Below, in pieces: positions 37,301 through 49,649 of a stretch of 64,000 bases of DNA. The stretch is from Nemertoderma westbladi (lineage: Eukaryota > Animalia > Xenacoelomorpha): positions 5,069 through 69,068 of the forward strand of contig JAUCBJ010001883.1 in the NCBI GenBank assembly GCA_032718475.1, written 5' to 3'. Position 1 is the stretch's first letter, and every line of letters starts with the position of its first letter. The position numbers and the translations under genes were made by a program. A model generated the notes under the pieces. The model ran no database searches. It saw only the letters and a program-made list of their open reading frames with translations, and was not told where the DNA came from.

Positions 37301-39501
37301 GTGGCGTAGATGCAGAAAGGTTTTGCACCTTCCTTGACTTCTATAGTCATAGGGGGACCCAGCATCGGTTTAAGTTGGCCTTTGATGGCAAAGACGTCAC
37401 TAAACTCTTCCAGAAGTTTTTGTTTTATTTTGTCTACGAGTTCAGCATCTATGTTAATAGGTGCAACCACTTTATTTTCCTTCACTAAATGGAGTGGTGT
37501 GGGGAATTCGTCGTGGACGATGTTGAAGGCTTTACAAGCTATAAAGGAAAGATAAATATCTTTAATTCCGTCACAAATATAAACCCATTCGTTGTAACGC
37601 ATGTTTTCAATCTGTAGAGTTAGTTTTAAACGTCCTATACATTTTATTGGATTGCTGTTTATTGCTTCCAGTGGCTCGTCTAATTCTCTAAGTTTATTTA
37701 TAGATATACCGAGGCGATTTAGAATACCGATTCCGCCAGCGGTGACGTCTGCGCCGGTGTCTGCAATGCAAGCGCTTGTTGTTAGCAGTTTCCCCGTACC
37801 GGTATGCACGAATTGTACGGAGATGCGACGTTTACCGGCCTCCCGGGCTAGTTCGCGTGGTTCGACGCCAATTTTCGCGAGGGAAATCGCACCGGAAGTT
37901 GCCTTCTTTGGTTGGCGACATAGATGGGTGAAGTGGCCGATACGTTCGCATTTTTTGCATTCGCGGCCAATGGCTTTACACGGTTTATCTTTCTCGTGAG
38001 GCCAAACTCCACCACATTTCCAGCAGCGATTATTGTCTCGTATTTGTGGATGGGGTTTGAATTGTCGACCTTTACTGGAGCTCCGTTGGCTATCTGACTT
38101 ACTAAAATTACGCCCTCGGTTCTGAGGTTTAACTGCGTTAACTTTGTATGTCAGTCGTTGATCTTCCCGAACAGCCAGCTCCCGATTACGGCAAAAATCG
38201 ACAGTTTCATCGCGGGATAGGGCAGGCCTTTTACCCAAAAGTTCCTGGCGTACCTCCTCATCCCGTATACCGCAAACTATTAAAGTGGAGATCCAGTCCT
38301 CCTTTGTCATAACTTCGATGTTTGCGTCATCCACCAGTTCGCACAACTGAATGTAGTAATCGTCGAACGACTGTTTGTCTTCCTGTTTAGTCCGTACCAG
38401 TTTGTAGCGGTCTACAGTTATATTCTGTTGTGCGCGGAGGTGTTCCCGTATTTTTACGAGGATTTCGTCCATTGACAGTCGGGTATCTTGAGGAATTTTG
38501 ACAGCATAATGCATCCGGTTCAGGAAATCAGGGCTGCAGTATGAAAAGAACGTTGCCACCTGATCTTCCATAGGTTTGCTGTCGAGTTTTGTCACCCAGG
38601 CATAATTGCGCCATGTTGTCTCCCACCGTTTAAATGTTTTGTAGGAAACGTCATCCTCGATAATGTTTGGCGGGTGTACAGTGAGTTTGGTTGCCTCGCG
38701 GTCTTGGGGACGTCTGGAGCTTCCGTGCGTTGCCGATCCCGGGCCCGCAGCTGCAATTACGTCGCGCTCTTCCCGCAATCCCTCAAGTAAACGCTGTTGG
38801 TTTTGATCGACGAGGTAGAGGAGTTGTCTGTGCTCTTCCGCCCGTTCTCGTCGTTCAACCCGCTGTTCTTCCATTCGTTTAGCATCCTGGTCGACAAAGT
38901 GCGCGAGGAGTTTAGCTAAATCGGAACCTCCGACTTCTCCGGTTTGTTCAGGTTCTGATTCTGCTCCTTCTACGAACTTTAGCAACCGTTTTCTAAGAAC
39001 CGTTGTTGCCGTTCTGTCGCTGTACTTAATTCCGGCATTTGCGAGGTGTGCTTTAATAGTCGCCCGGTCAAGGTGTTCTATCGAAGCTGGATCAATTTCC
39101 CACGTTTCATCCTGGGTTGGGAGTTCGTCCATCACGCAAATTAAATATGTTTTTTTTTTATATATGAAATTTCAAATTATTAATTAGCAAGCAAATAACG
39201 TCAGAACGTGCAGACGTGCAGTCGATCGATGATCGATCGGTGATATTGCAGTGCAGTTTATTGCGTAAGTTCAAGCGCAGCGCGGTACTGGTACTGCGCC
39301 TATCTCACTGCGCCATGGTATGTCCGGCTGTCCGGTACATAGCCAGACAACTGCAGCCTGTAGGCTGAGGTAAAAGTGGATGCTGGAGCGACACAACCGG
39401 TCCGTATAATATAAGCAGAATGCAAGCAAGATATGTAGGCCCGTGCCATAGACAGTAAGGGGGAATAATGAAATAGGCCTATACTGTATATATCCATACC
39501 A
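34327..39501 (-). mobile_element. Young intact Mag-like Gypsy LTR retrotransposon
   Basis: 186-bp LTRs 34327-34512 and 39316-39501 (one mismatch seen), TG...CA; 5-bp TSD GTAGC; PBS TGGCGCAG (tRNA-Ser type); PPT AAAGGGGGAG. Confidence 0.96.
34540..39135 (-). CDS. Gypsy gag-pol polyprotein, 1531 aa
   Basis: Two CCHC knuckles; protease ADTGAD; RT KIDAKSGYWQ...KIVDD; RNase H VDAS...TDHRPL; integrase H..H..C..C and RSDGGPQF. Confidence 0.95.
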   Translation of the reverse strand: MMDELPTQDETWEIDPASIEHLDRATIKAHLANAGIKYSDRTATTVLRKRLLKFVEGAESEPEQTGEVGGSDLAKLLAHFVDQDAKRMEEQRVERRERAEEHRQLLYLVDQNQQRLLEGLREERDVIAAAGPGSATHGSSRRPQDREATKLTVHPPNIIEDDVSYKTFKRWETTWRNYAWVTKLDSKPMEDQVATFFSYCSPDFLNRMHYAVKIPQDTRLSMDEILVKIREHLRAQQNITVDRYKLVRTKQEDKQSFDDYYIQLCELVDDANIEVMTKEDWISTLIVCGIRDEEVRQELLGKRPALSRDETVDFCRNRELAVREDQRLTYKVNAVKPQNRGRNFSKSDSQRSSSKGRQFKPHPQIRDNNRCWKCGGVWPHEKDKPCKAIGRECKKCERIGHFTHLCRQPKKATSGAISLAKIGVEPRELAREAGKRRISVQFVHTGTGKLLTTSACIADTGADVTAGGIGILNRLGISINKLRELDEPLEAINSNPIKCIGRLKLTLQIENMRYNEWVYICDGIKDIYLSFIACKAFNIVHDEFPTPLHLVKENKVVAPINIDAELVDKIKQKLLEEFSDVFAIKGQLKPMLGPPMTIEVKEGAKPFCIYATRSIPYAYRDKAHAELNDMLDKGIIERVGDRATDWCHPMVVCPKPGRPDEIRITVDLTKLNNQVKRTIHNAKTPFDVVSDRTPDARYFTKIDAKSGYWQVELAEGSRDLTTFLTPWGRFRYCRAPMGFISTGDSYNYRGDMAFEGMANINKIVDDLLIEDVEFDTHVERVRSVLQRCRDFGITLHPEKFNFAQERVKFAGYIVSHNGIEADPNKVKAISEFPKPTNISELRSFMGLVNQLGCFSSEVSAAATPLRELLRTRNHFTWEIMHDNAFEAVKYTLLKPPILVPFDPHAETRLEVDASRLHGFGFDLLQNNNNKWKLIACGSRFISDAETRYATIELEAIAIKYAMSKCHLYLAGLESFKVMTDHRPLLSIFNKQTLDQVDNTKLQRIKAQLQSKYQFELVWQKGKDNKIADCLSRAPVDDPDTTDELLKEDEDVTRTIAAIRIALTNTRDLDPENVLEPPTTDPVIEEIRKVALNDKAYQQLVTEILSGFTTENHTSGFVQQFKSIHNELSVDNGLVLYGPRLVIPSAKRAKILERLHAAHQGMTRTKQRALSAVYWPGINNDIIQMVQQCHQCQERLPSLPKETLVTDPQPTRPFEHASTDLFSLAGRHYIVYTDLLSGYPLVGQWRNDPTSQQVVSVLRKCFVDLGVPTKLRSDGGPQFAASNFRKFLQRWGVEWAPSTPHFPSSNRHAECHVKLIKGLLAKTTTSDINSEEFLEGLLEVRNTPHADGRSPSQIVFGRNLRSRVPAHHTSFDPKWQQSAETADARHETIREKAVKHYNSTARDLKPFLIGTKVRLQDSRSKRWDRVGIIVGAGKRRDYHVKLPSGRTWWRNRRFLRRYHEVIELETPPNPTQQKTVPTPELETESKSVIRRSTRVTKPTVRFGDYKNYLLHENSHLLFLNYNMVYGVHWKQF

Positions 39502-39654
39502 GTAGCTTAATAATAATATATTTTCCTCTAGAGATTATTATTAAACAACTCTTGTCCCAAATTTACTTATTTCTGAATTTAAGATTGGTGACCCAGACTT
39601 TGAACTACAAGTTTTAAGATGGAACAATCCGACATCCTAGCCCTTGCTCACGCA

Positions 39655-40451
39655 CAGGGCCGTATTCAGGGGTGGGGGGCGGGGGGGGGGGGGGGGGGGG
39701 GGGAGGCCCCAGACCCCCACCATGACCCCACAACTATAGGGATCGACCGAACTAGAGGAGTCGAACCGGAACCAAAATGATACCAAACATGGCAATTTTG
39801 AATTTTGCCACTTATTTTTCCCAAAATATATATGAAAAACAAAAAGTTAGTGTGAAAAACAGTAAATATTTTTGTAGCTTATGAAAGTACCGGTATATTT
39901 TTTACACTTTCAATTCTTGCATTTTTGGATCAGATGTTTTTATACTGATAAAAACATGAACATGCTTCAAATTTATAATTTCCACGTCTAATAGGCCCTA
40001 TATAGGGATGTGAGTTTTTCTGAAATGTGTTTTTCAAGGAAATTTAGAAAAATTCCGGAAAAGTTTCTGGAAAAATTTCATCCGTAGTTACGACCACAAG
40101 AGACAGGACAAGAACCACCTACTGTAAACACATCTAAGCAGGAATCCATTGTTTCTAGTGTTTACTCTACTTGTGTTTTACTATATGTTTTCAGAATGAG
40201 CTAAATAGAATAATTAATAAAATAGGAATTTTCTGAGGAAAATGTATAGGAAATTTCCGGAAAAATGTATAGGAAATTTCCAAATTTTTACATCTACCAG
40301 TCTACATTCAGGTTTATTTGAAAGGTATACAGTTGAGCCCAGGCCCCCCACCACTGACCCGGCCCCAGGCCACCCATCAATGACCCGGACCCAGTCCCCC
40401 CACCACTGACCCGGACCCAGGCCACCCACCACTCTAAATCCTTAAAATCTG
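39655..40451. mobile_element. hAT-like MITE inserted in the CsRN1-like gag start
   Basis: CAGGGCCG...CTG ends; 8-bp TSD CTCACGCA/CTCACACA. Removing it restores the in-frame Gag start MEQSDILALAHALKDLQPSAPGTINAVAIKLPDFW from ATG 39619. It probably holds a second TAGGGATG-type element at ~40003-40296. Confidence 0.75.
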
Positions 40452-43400
40452 CTCACACACTCAAGGACCTTCAACCGTCCGCCCCAGGGACCATCAATGC
40501 CGTCGCTATCAAATTGCCTGACTTCTGGACCGATAATCCGGACATTTGGTTCTCGCGCGTCGAGGCCCAGTTTGCCACCCGTGCAATTGTGGCCGATGAC
40601 ACTAAGTTCAATTACGTGGTGACTGCACTAGACAATGTGATGGCTTCGGAGGTCTGGGCCACACTGTTAAACCCACCTACCACCAACAAATATGATGCGA
40701 TCAAGCTGGATTGGACTAGCGGCGCTCGACTTCCTGGGCTACCATATTACTCCTCGGGGTGTCCACCCTTTCCCTGACAGGGTCTCAGCTATCAAAGACT
40801 TTCCAGTCCCCACCTTCAGAGCCACACTACAGCGCTTCTTAGGCATGATTAACTACTACCACCGATTCATGCCCAAGATCGCCGGACAACTTGCACCACT
40901 CCACACTGCTTCTAGCTTTTGGACCCCCGAGTGTCAGAGTTCGTTCGAAGCTGCCAGGTTGGCCTTGGCCACAGCTTCTCTCCTGCACCATCCTCGGACT
41001 GACTCAGCCACCAGCATCATGATTGATGCTTCGGAAGTCGCGGTGGGAACACAACTTGAACAACTCCAGAAAGGCAGGTGGGTCCCGATTGCATTCTTCT
41101 CGAAGAAACTCTCAGTCGATGAGTAGAAATACAGTGCCTTTGATCGGGAACTCCTCACCGCAAACCTTGCTGTTAAACACTTTGCTCACTTCGTCAAGGG
41201 ACATAGGTTCACCCTCTACACAGACCATAAACCATTGACATTCACAATGTCTAGTACCACTGATCGCTCACCTCGACAGACTCGTCACCTCTCATATATT
41301 GCTGAATTTACAACTGACTTATAATACATCCAAGGCAAACACAACATGGTAGCAGATGCCTCTCCTGAGTTGAGAGCTACTTGGACGAATCCATTTCCAT
41401 ATTCCGATTCAGTCCCAGTATATCTGTGACATCCACATTACACTATAACACCCTAGCCAATGCGCAGGCTGACAGTGTAGACAAAATGGCTGCCTACCGT
41501 ACCACTATATCTGGTCTCGTGCTCCGTGACATCCCATTCAGTGCAGTGACTGTGCTCTGTGATATCTCTACAGGCTCACCCCGTCCAATCCTACCAAGCG
41601 AGTGGAGGCGGCGCGATTTCGACTTGATCCACAACCTCTCGCACATGGGCATCTGGCCCAAGCAGAAGGCCATGGCCTCCAGGTTCGTTTGGCATGATTT
41701 AAAACATGATGTCTGCCATTTTGGCCATGACTGCCAAAGCTCCAAAATCCATTACCATGTCCAAGCCCCCCTCAACATCCACATTCCACCGAGCGATCGC
41801 CTCAGCAGCCTCCACATCGACTTAGTGGGTCCCCTACCAGAGAGTGAAGAGATGATATATCTTCTCACCATCATCGACCGCTTTACCAGCTGGCCAGAGG
41901 TGATCCCTATGCCCAAATCAGTTACGACAACAATTGCTAAAAACTTTATCCGGCATTGGATATCCCGTTTTGGCATCCCCTTAGATATCACCTCTGATCG
42001 GGGATCACAGTTCATATCGGAACTTTGGGCTGAAGTGAATAAACTGCTGGGCACTGCAGTGTTCCAAACCACAGCATACCACCCGCAGGCCAATGGCATG
42101 GTCGAGCGCCTGCACAGACAACTCAAGGCTGCCATCAAGGCCCGTACTACAGGCCCTAACTTGATGAATGAGTTACCACTCATCATGCTCGGCATCCGTT
42201 CAGCCTGGCGAGAGGATCTGGACTGCTCACCAGCCGACCTGGTATATGGAGAATCACTCCACCTCCCAGGCGAGTTCTTCCAGTCGCGTGACTCCCGCAC
42301 CTATCAGCCAACCGAGGCTTTCGCCCGTCAACTGCAGACTGACATGCGCAAAGCACTCCCACCCCCTCCAACTCATCATTCCGAATGTACACTGCACATG
42401 CCAGCACACCTCGCAGCCACTGGCTATGTCTACATTCACGTAGATAAGGTCAAAGGACCGCAGGTGCAGCCATACAAAGGACCCTTCAAGATCCTGGCCC
42501 AGCATCACCAGTACTACACCCTCAATGTGAAGGGCAAACAGGATAATGTTTCCATCGATAGATTTAAGCCAGCCTATGTATCACGTCCACCTCCTCCTCC
42601 CTTCTCAAAAGTATCAGCTCCACCAGCTGTACCACAACCCTCTCCCGTGCCGCAGCTGACTTCCAGGTCTGGCCGAGCTGTCAGACAGCCGGTTCGTTTC
42701 CAGGCAGCTACCATCACATCATAGTACTCCACTGGGGTGGGGGGCTATGTGGCGCCACTAAATCTAACTCAACTTACTTCATGGCTCGCTCCAAGATACT
42801 GAACTGACTTTTTCCTATACTTATGCTCTTCTGATATTCTGTATGTACAGTGTACTGCTTACCGTACCAGTAGCTTAATAATAACATATTTCTCTAGATT
42901 ATTATTAAACAACTCTCGTCCCAAATTTGCTTAATACGGACATCTACAGAGCTTTATTCTATATTTTAGGTTTTAACATTCCAAAATTCTCAGATTCATC
43001 TTGAAGCAAAGAATTTCTAGAAATTGTTTTAGCTAAAAAAAAGCTTGAAATAAAGCTCAAAAAAAAACAGGGTGGAAACGAGCCTTTATTGAACTAAATG
43101 AGTTAATGCAATCTGAGTTCACTAAATTATGTACACATGAAATATTATTACCACAGTTAAAATATCATCGGCCTCAGCCTTTTTCTATTCCTCAAAAATA
43201 TGGATTAAAAAGTCAGACAAAAAATATCTATATTTTTGCAAAAGAAATAGTTATTAATTCCAAATCTTTTCGTTAAATTTAATAGTCTAATTGTTTAAAT
43301 CAAAACTATATCCGATAAAATCAATAAAATAATTCAGCATCAATATCTAGTTAGAATCAAGAAGAGATCAATAATTATCATGTGACGTATAAACAGAATG

Positions 43401-43831
43401 TGTTGCGGATCGAGTCTGCTAAGCACTTCCAACCTATAAAATGGGGGGAGGGGGAGCCAATTTAACAAGTTGGTAACCGAGGTGGCCAATATGGCAAAGC
43501 ATACCAACCATGGGATGTTGAAATGAGTGAACCAGGGCCAGCCGGGAAGTGGACTGACAATCCATTTCAGTGAGTAAACACCAGTAAGGTCAAAAAAAGG
43601 GAGGCAGAATTAAAGCGTGATAGGTACCAATGGGATGGCTGCATCGGGCAGTTTACATGTATTGATCATCACAGGCCTATGAAATGTGTTAGCCTATAGG
43701 CAATGTATATTTCCCCCTTTAGATTAACGTTCATGTATGCATTGCTTAAACCAGTAGGCAATTTATCGAGAGCCGCTTAACTATTACAGGTTGTTGGTAT
43801 TACAGTTTATCAATTAAAAATAAAATTCTAA

Positions 43832-44102
43832 TCTATACCTATAAAAATCAAATTCTCTCTCTCTCTCTCTCTCTGTGTTCGAACTCCTCCAAAATGGGCA
43901 AAGGGATTGCGCTGGGACTTGGCATGTGTGTATAACTTTAACCAGCGGTCGTTATAGGCCACTTTTCGAAAAGTATAATTCACGTTCGGTACCGGTACTG
44001 GGTACCGGTACGTCAGTAGGCCTATACCGGTACCAGTACGCCAGTAGGCATATGCCGGTAGCGGGAAATACCGGGTAACAGTCCTCGGGTATTGCCTGCT
44101 AG
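43832..44102 (+). mobile_element. Non-autonomous Helitron (271 bp)
   Basis: 5' TCTATACCTATAAAA, (CT)n tract, subterminal hairpin and 3' CTAG; inserted between A and T with no TSD. Confidence 0.75.
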
Positions 44103-44295
44103 TATAATATATAGCACATTAATAAATTCAACCATTGGCAATTTATCTAGTGTAGAAAGGTGGATAGTTTTCACCGTATGCGTATATCATACTGCTATAC
44201 TTTGCTGTAATCATTATATACCGGTAACTGGTATTTGAGATTAAAATTTAAGATTTTAGAAATTTAAGAATTTAATTAAGATTTGTGATTGAAAT

Positions 44296-45126
44296 TTGTG
44301 TCTACTGTTGACGGTGACACAGAACCATTTGAAGTGTTATGGGGTGTCCTCCAAGGAGACACACTTGCACCATTCTTGTTCATAATTGAGGTTGACTATG
44401 TTCAACGCATGTCCTTAGATCATCATAATGATGATGGGGTGATGATAACTCCACCTACTGGCTCCAAAAGTCGAGGAAATCCTGCCAAGTACCTACCTAA
44501 CTGATCTAGACTTTGCTGATGACTTAGGAGTACTCTCAGAATCACTAGAGGGAGCCCAACGGCTCATCAGCTCATTAGAACATGCTGCTTCTAGTGTTGG
44601 TCTTTTTATTAACTCCAGAAAGACTAAAATTTTCACAGTTAACTTTGAAAGTCCTCAGCAAGTCTCTGATCGGATGAGCATAAGCTCAAAGGATGGTATG
44701 CTTGAGCATGTGGACGACTTCTGTTACCTGGAATCATGGATATGGAAGTCAGGTGAGGACCTTTGAATACGTAAGGGAAAGGCATGGGCAGCCTTCAATA
44801 GGCTTTCCAGGATTTCCAGGATTAATCGGAAACTTAAGGTCCGATTATTTAGAGCAGCAGTAGTTCCAGCATTGCTTTTGCCGTGACGACTAGCCAGTGC
44901 ATAATCTTGTACTTTGGCAGCCTCATGGAATGAATAAGCATGGTGGACAGCCCATGAGTTTCTTGAGACGCATCTTAAAGGACACTGGCCTTGAAGATGT
45001 GGATGATCTAGCAAATGTCATGGATGATAGGGAGTTGTGGTGGCGCAATTTTGTTGACAAGCCGGCACAGCATTCTTAAAAATGCAGCTGCAATGCAGCA
45101 TGCCGATCCTAGTAGTAGTAGTAGTT
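44296..45126 (+). mobile_element. RTE-type LINE 3' fragment with (TAG)n tail
   Basis: GVLQGDTLAPFLF; DLDFADD after a frameshift; internal deletion; TAG repeats at the 3' end. Confidence 0.88.
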
Positions 45127-45379
45127 TTATCAGGCTTACGGCCACTCAGTCTTCCACAGCCAACAGCGGCAATGAGTAGAAACACCACCTAGTTGAACGG
45201 TCGGGATCTCAGGTCAACCGGGATCCCATCACATAATGGATTGGCATAAACTTGTTGGGGAAGACTTCTGAACTCAACAGTTGTTTACTAGAGAGCAGAC
45301 CGTGTGGTTCTAAACCAAAACAATAATAATGACATTAAAGACTCATCACATCCCTCACTTCTCATAACAACTTAACTTA

Positions 45380-45545
45380 ATAATAATAACTTAATGTTTT
45401 ACACTGACTACTGACTGGAAAGTCTAACAGATAGTGTTCCTCAACCTCAACTCTCCCACATGTACAACAATCATATTCAAGATCCCCGTAGATAAGTCTC
45501 ATATGTGCTAGATTAGCTTGACCTATCCGAAGTCCAAGAATGAAC
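45380..45545 (-). mobile_element. I/Jockey-group LINE C-terminal zinc-finger remnant
   Basis: LRIGQANLAH...CCTCG..VEEHYLL resembles the RLRIGH...C..C...H.L..C end of I-group ORF2. Confidence 0.45.
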
Positions 45546-45753
45546 GTCACTTGAATGCGACTGGGGTCCAGAGTGATTGTGGTACAGTATACCGAGCCGG
45601 TGTCACAGTAGAAAAGCCAGTAGGTACTGAGGTGCGGTTCCACATTAGTGTGGTAGTCCACATTAGTCCTATAATGATATGTATAGTAGTAAGCGAGGAT
45701 CATGAGCGAATTCGAGTGAAATCAGCAGTTATTAAGTGAACAGCAGTACATAT

Positions 45754-46305
45754 GGACAGTGTTATGCAAAAGGGTATTATCCCACATTTTGTCGAAATTG
45801 AGTTTTTGGTATCATTTGATAGAGGAAAGTGTAATCTACATAATTGATGAGATCCTATTGTCCAATAATACGAAGAAATGCCTTAAAAGTACAAGAAAGG
45901 TAAGCCACAGTCCGGATTTGTGATTAGTCAACTAATATTATTAATACAATACTATTAATACAAACAAATAATATTGCAAAAAAAATTTAATCCACATACT
46001 AATTGTTTGGCTAGACATCTTTTGACATCTTTTTGCAAGTATGACACCTTTTGACAATTTAACGTTTTGCCAAATATGAAGTTTTCCAAAAGTGTTAAGC
46101 CACATTTTGATCAATATTTCGGAGAAAATGCTATATTCTAGCACACTAACTTGAAAAATACTGTAATTTCCATAAATGTTTTCTTATAAAAACACAACAG
46201 TATCTGAATAATACAACAACGATCACACAGGATGTTAAAAACGTTGACATCGATTATCTCAAATTTAACTTTTGTGGCTTAACACCCTTTTGCATAACAC
46301 CGTCC
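45754..46305. mobile_element. MITE with ~25-bp TIRs and AT flanks (ISL2EU-like)
   Basis: AT|GGACAGTGTTATGCAAAAGGG at the left and CCCTTTTGCATAACACCGTCC|AT at the right. Confidence 0.7.
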
Positions 46306-46644
46306 ATTATGTGGTCGCAGTCTCTCTCTCTAGATCTCTCTATCAAAAAAATGTAGTGGAAAGTGTACTTTTTAGCAGATGAGACCTGGAAACTGAAGAA
46401 AACATTTGAATAACAAATTGATGATTATTACAAAAGACTGCTAGTGGCACCACACCAAATCTAACCTAGAGACTACAAATGCCCAAGTTTATCGTAAAAT
46501 AACACAGTTATCAATTACTTTCCATGAATCCAGAATACGATTCACTGTACACTGCAATAAAAAAGTATATATAAAGATACAACTATAAGTATTTCCATGC
46601 TACACTGCAACTGCGTTATATATATTATATGTATTAAGAATATT

Positions 46645-46915
46645 GTGCCGGGTTATCAACAAAATTGAACAACCACCACTCCCACTCACCCATGACATTT
46701 TCTAAATCATCCCCATCTTCAATGCCAGTGTCCTTTAATAATGGTCTCAAGAAAGTCATGGGCTAATTCCCCAGACGTATTCACTCCATAAGGCTGCCAG
46801 GGCACAAGACTATGCACTGGCTGGTCTTCACGGTGAAAGCAATAATGTCCTGCAAAGCAGGGGCCGTTCGGTTCAAGTGTCAAGCTGAGGGAGACTAATG
46901 AAACAGCTCCAAGTT
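46645..46915 (-). mobile_element. Diverged RTE 3' fragment
   Basis: Reverse-complement similarity to 31750-31950 and 44900-45080. Confidence 0.7.
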
Positions 46916-47689
46916 TGCATAGGTGAAATATTTACATTATGTATGTGTCCATCTGTGTGTACGTAGCTAAGATGGTTTTGGGTTGTTTGAAGTTGTAGAA
47001 TATACAGTAGGGATTATTATAATATATGGATTAGTAATTATTATAATTATCGCATAACATCCAGGAGTGATTTTAACATGAATGAGAATTCGAAGAAGGA
47101 CTAGAGCTCCTTAATTATGCGACCATAATAAACTAGTTTCCTTACGCAAGATAACAGGCCACAGGTGTTCTGGAAAACAGTAATTGTAAATATAATTAGA
47201 TGTCAGTAGGATCCCCATTTGTTTATTTGAGCCACACTACCCAGTATTTGAGCCAGTTCTTCAATACCGACCTTAATCAATCAATCACACAAGCTCTCTG
47301 CAAACACTAAATATATAATTTTAGTTAGATTCGCTAAATAGTTTTGTAACATGATTCAGTCTGTGATATTATTAATTAACATGCTGAATAAATTTGGCAA
47401 CAAATTGATAGTTAGTATTTTATCACGTTGAAAATAAGGAAAATTTTTAGGCTGACTAGAAAATATGAATAGTGGCCCGTGAATTATTCCCCACATTAAC
47501 ATATTGGGTTATTGGCAGATTAAATGTTATTTAAAATACACTGCTGAAACAACAAGCTGGCTGGGATGTGTACTTCATAAAATAGCTTCAAAATTACGAT
47601 GGGACAAGTTATTGTATATCTTTGTTAGGAGACACTTCAAGTCCACTTGGAAATATATAATAAACATCCCCACCGTCCCCAGTGTACCC

Positions 47690-47933
47690 CACATAACAAA
47701 CTTCGTCGGCGAGAATGCTTCACCCATTAGTAATCTTCGCCCAGAGCAATCTTCGCCCTCAAAATGAGTGAACAACCTCGTTTGCTGTTTTGGTTAGAAA
47801 AATTCGTTTCTGTAACCTATCATGTCTGTTACCTGCTCCTTTCCCGCGAAGGTTGGACGCGGGCGAAGATTTCCCGCGGGCGGAGATTTTCTGCGGGCGA
47901 ATGTTGGACACGGGCGAAGATTGCACCCAAATC
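47690..47933. mobile_element. Second copy of the Mutator-like MITE, inverted
   Basis: GGGCGAAGATTGCACCCAA end and one reverse unit related to the 68-bp satellite. Confidence 0.6.
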
Positions 47934-49649
47934 AAGGGACACGCCAATAATGCTGCAAAGTAATACCCCATACATTCCAATATTTTAGCGTGCTTAATTA
48001 TTTTTTATTGAGCACATCTATATATATATGTAAGAAAAGCATCGCAAAAAAAAGCAAAGAAAAGCAAAGCAGTAGTTGTAATGCGACATTATGTTTCCAC
48101 GCCATGGAACGTTACACCACGCAGTGGACTGCAGGACCAGCGCACACCGTTATCATTATTATATACTTCTCTATTTATTTCAAATATGAAATATAGAATA
48201 ACATAACAAATATTAGCCATAAACCGTTAACAGACTTCGTAACTAATTAAAAGTTAGCAACATCTTAATTTCGCAAAGTTTTATTCGTAAAGGAACAACT
48301 CCTATTAGTTGCTATGTTGGCATTTTACATTAAACATACGGCTAGTTGTCTTGTGTGTAAAAAAAACCGTTAACCGGTATGACTCAGTCTTAAAATCAAA
48401 ATCAAAATTGTTATTTTGTGTTTTTGCATCGGTGATTTTTGCTTTTTTTTAACGGATACGTTAGGTTTTTCCTAATTTGTGATCAGTTCTTGAGGTTTTA
48501 CTTACCGCAAACTGTTACTGATGTATCAATTTCAGCAAGTTGATTGATGAAGAGTGGTACTGCCCTAATGGCACCGGTTATTATTTAATAAATCTAAATC
48601 CAATCCAAAGAGAGTAGGCCGGCCTAACGGTAGACATAAACACTCAACCTGTTTTGGACCTGTTTGCGCGACCTACAACTCGTTCGCGGGTTGGGGGTAA
48701 GGATATAAAAAAGGTTTCTGTAATAAACAGGGAAGTATTACAGCACTTCCTTGGTCTTTGTTTTGTATTCACTCAGACTCAAGGCAGGGGTTTGTTTAGC
48801 TGGAGCCCTAAAACTGACATATGACCATATTGTTATCTCGTTCTAGCTAAGAACGAGAGAAAGCCGGCCCAATATTAGATTTATAACAACAACATTTCCA
48901 TTGGGTAAGAAAGTGGAGAGAGGAGAGCCAGCCCGACTCTCAATTTTTTAGTTTATATTATGCGATCAATTTTCACTCATCTCGTCATGAACCCAACAAG
49001 TATGTAACCTTTTGTTAAATTTGTTGGCTATGCGTTTGCGGTTGTTTGGGCGGAGTGTGGTAGGCCTACACTTTTCACACTTAAATATTTTGGTTGTGAA
49101 ATGTTACAGGGAACAGCGATCAGAGATATTTCATTTATGTTTTATTATGAGAGGAAGAAAAACATAGAACGTTATTTACTATATACAGTATGTAACGAAA
49201 TAATTGTTTTCGGGTTTAACTTGGAAGCCTCCCAAAATAGTTGATATACAATTCTATTTATAATTATTTCCATGGTCATGGTCATTCACCCGTCTTTAGA
49301 TAGAAATTTGTTTGCATGAAAGACAGTTTAGTTTAGTTTTTACTGATTATTATCTCTTATCTGACTCGGGTAATAATAAAGGATAGGATAAATGGAAGCA
49401 AAGTGTGACAGTAACAAATATTTCCCTGACAACCTAGCATGTCTTAAGTATATGATATCTCAAAGGAGGAAGTTTGGATTCACTGCATAAATGCAGTTCA
49501 CCAAACTTCCCCCGAATGCACACTGTAACTTCCCCCTTCCCCCAAATATCCACTGTTGAACTAATTTGAAGCGATATAATAAGTACAAAATTGTGTGAGT
49601 TTTTAATTGTGTGGTCCATTTGTTATTTAATCTTTCTTTATTGTTTAAA

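Larger units (their letters stand above)
34187..42948 (+). mobile_element. Decayed CsRN1-like Gypsy LTR retrotransposon hosting nested insertions
   Basis: 5' LTR 34187-~39570 (interrupted) and 3' LTR 42748-42948 (TG...CA); 4-bp TSD GAGC; PBS TGGTGACCC (tRNA-Trp type) at 39586; PPT 42734-42747; Gag KLPDFW..PDIWF; integrase HIDLVGPLP..SDRGSQF..YHPQANGMVER. Protease and most of RT are deleted near 40710. Confidence 0.9.

Noticed and set aside
48506-48564. Possible internal exon of the host gene (AVPLFINQLAEIDTSVTVC then GTAAGT)
   Set aside because: Weak acceptor and a phase that does not fit the two phase-0 exons.
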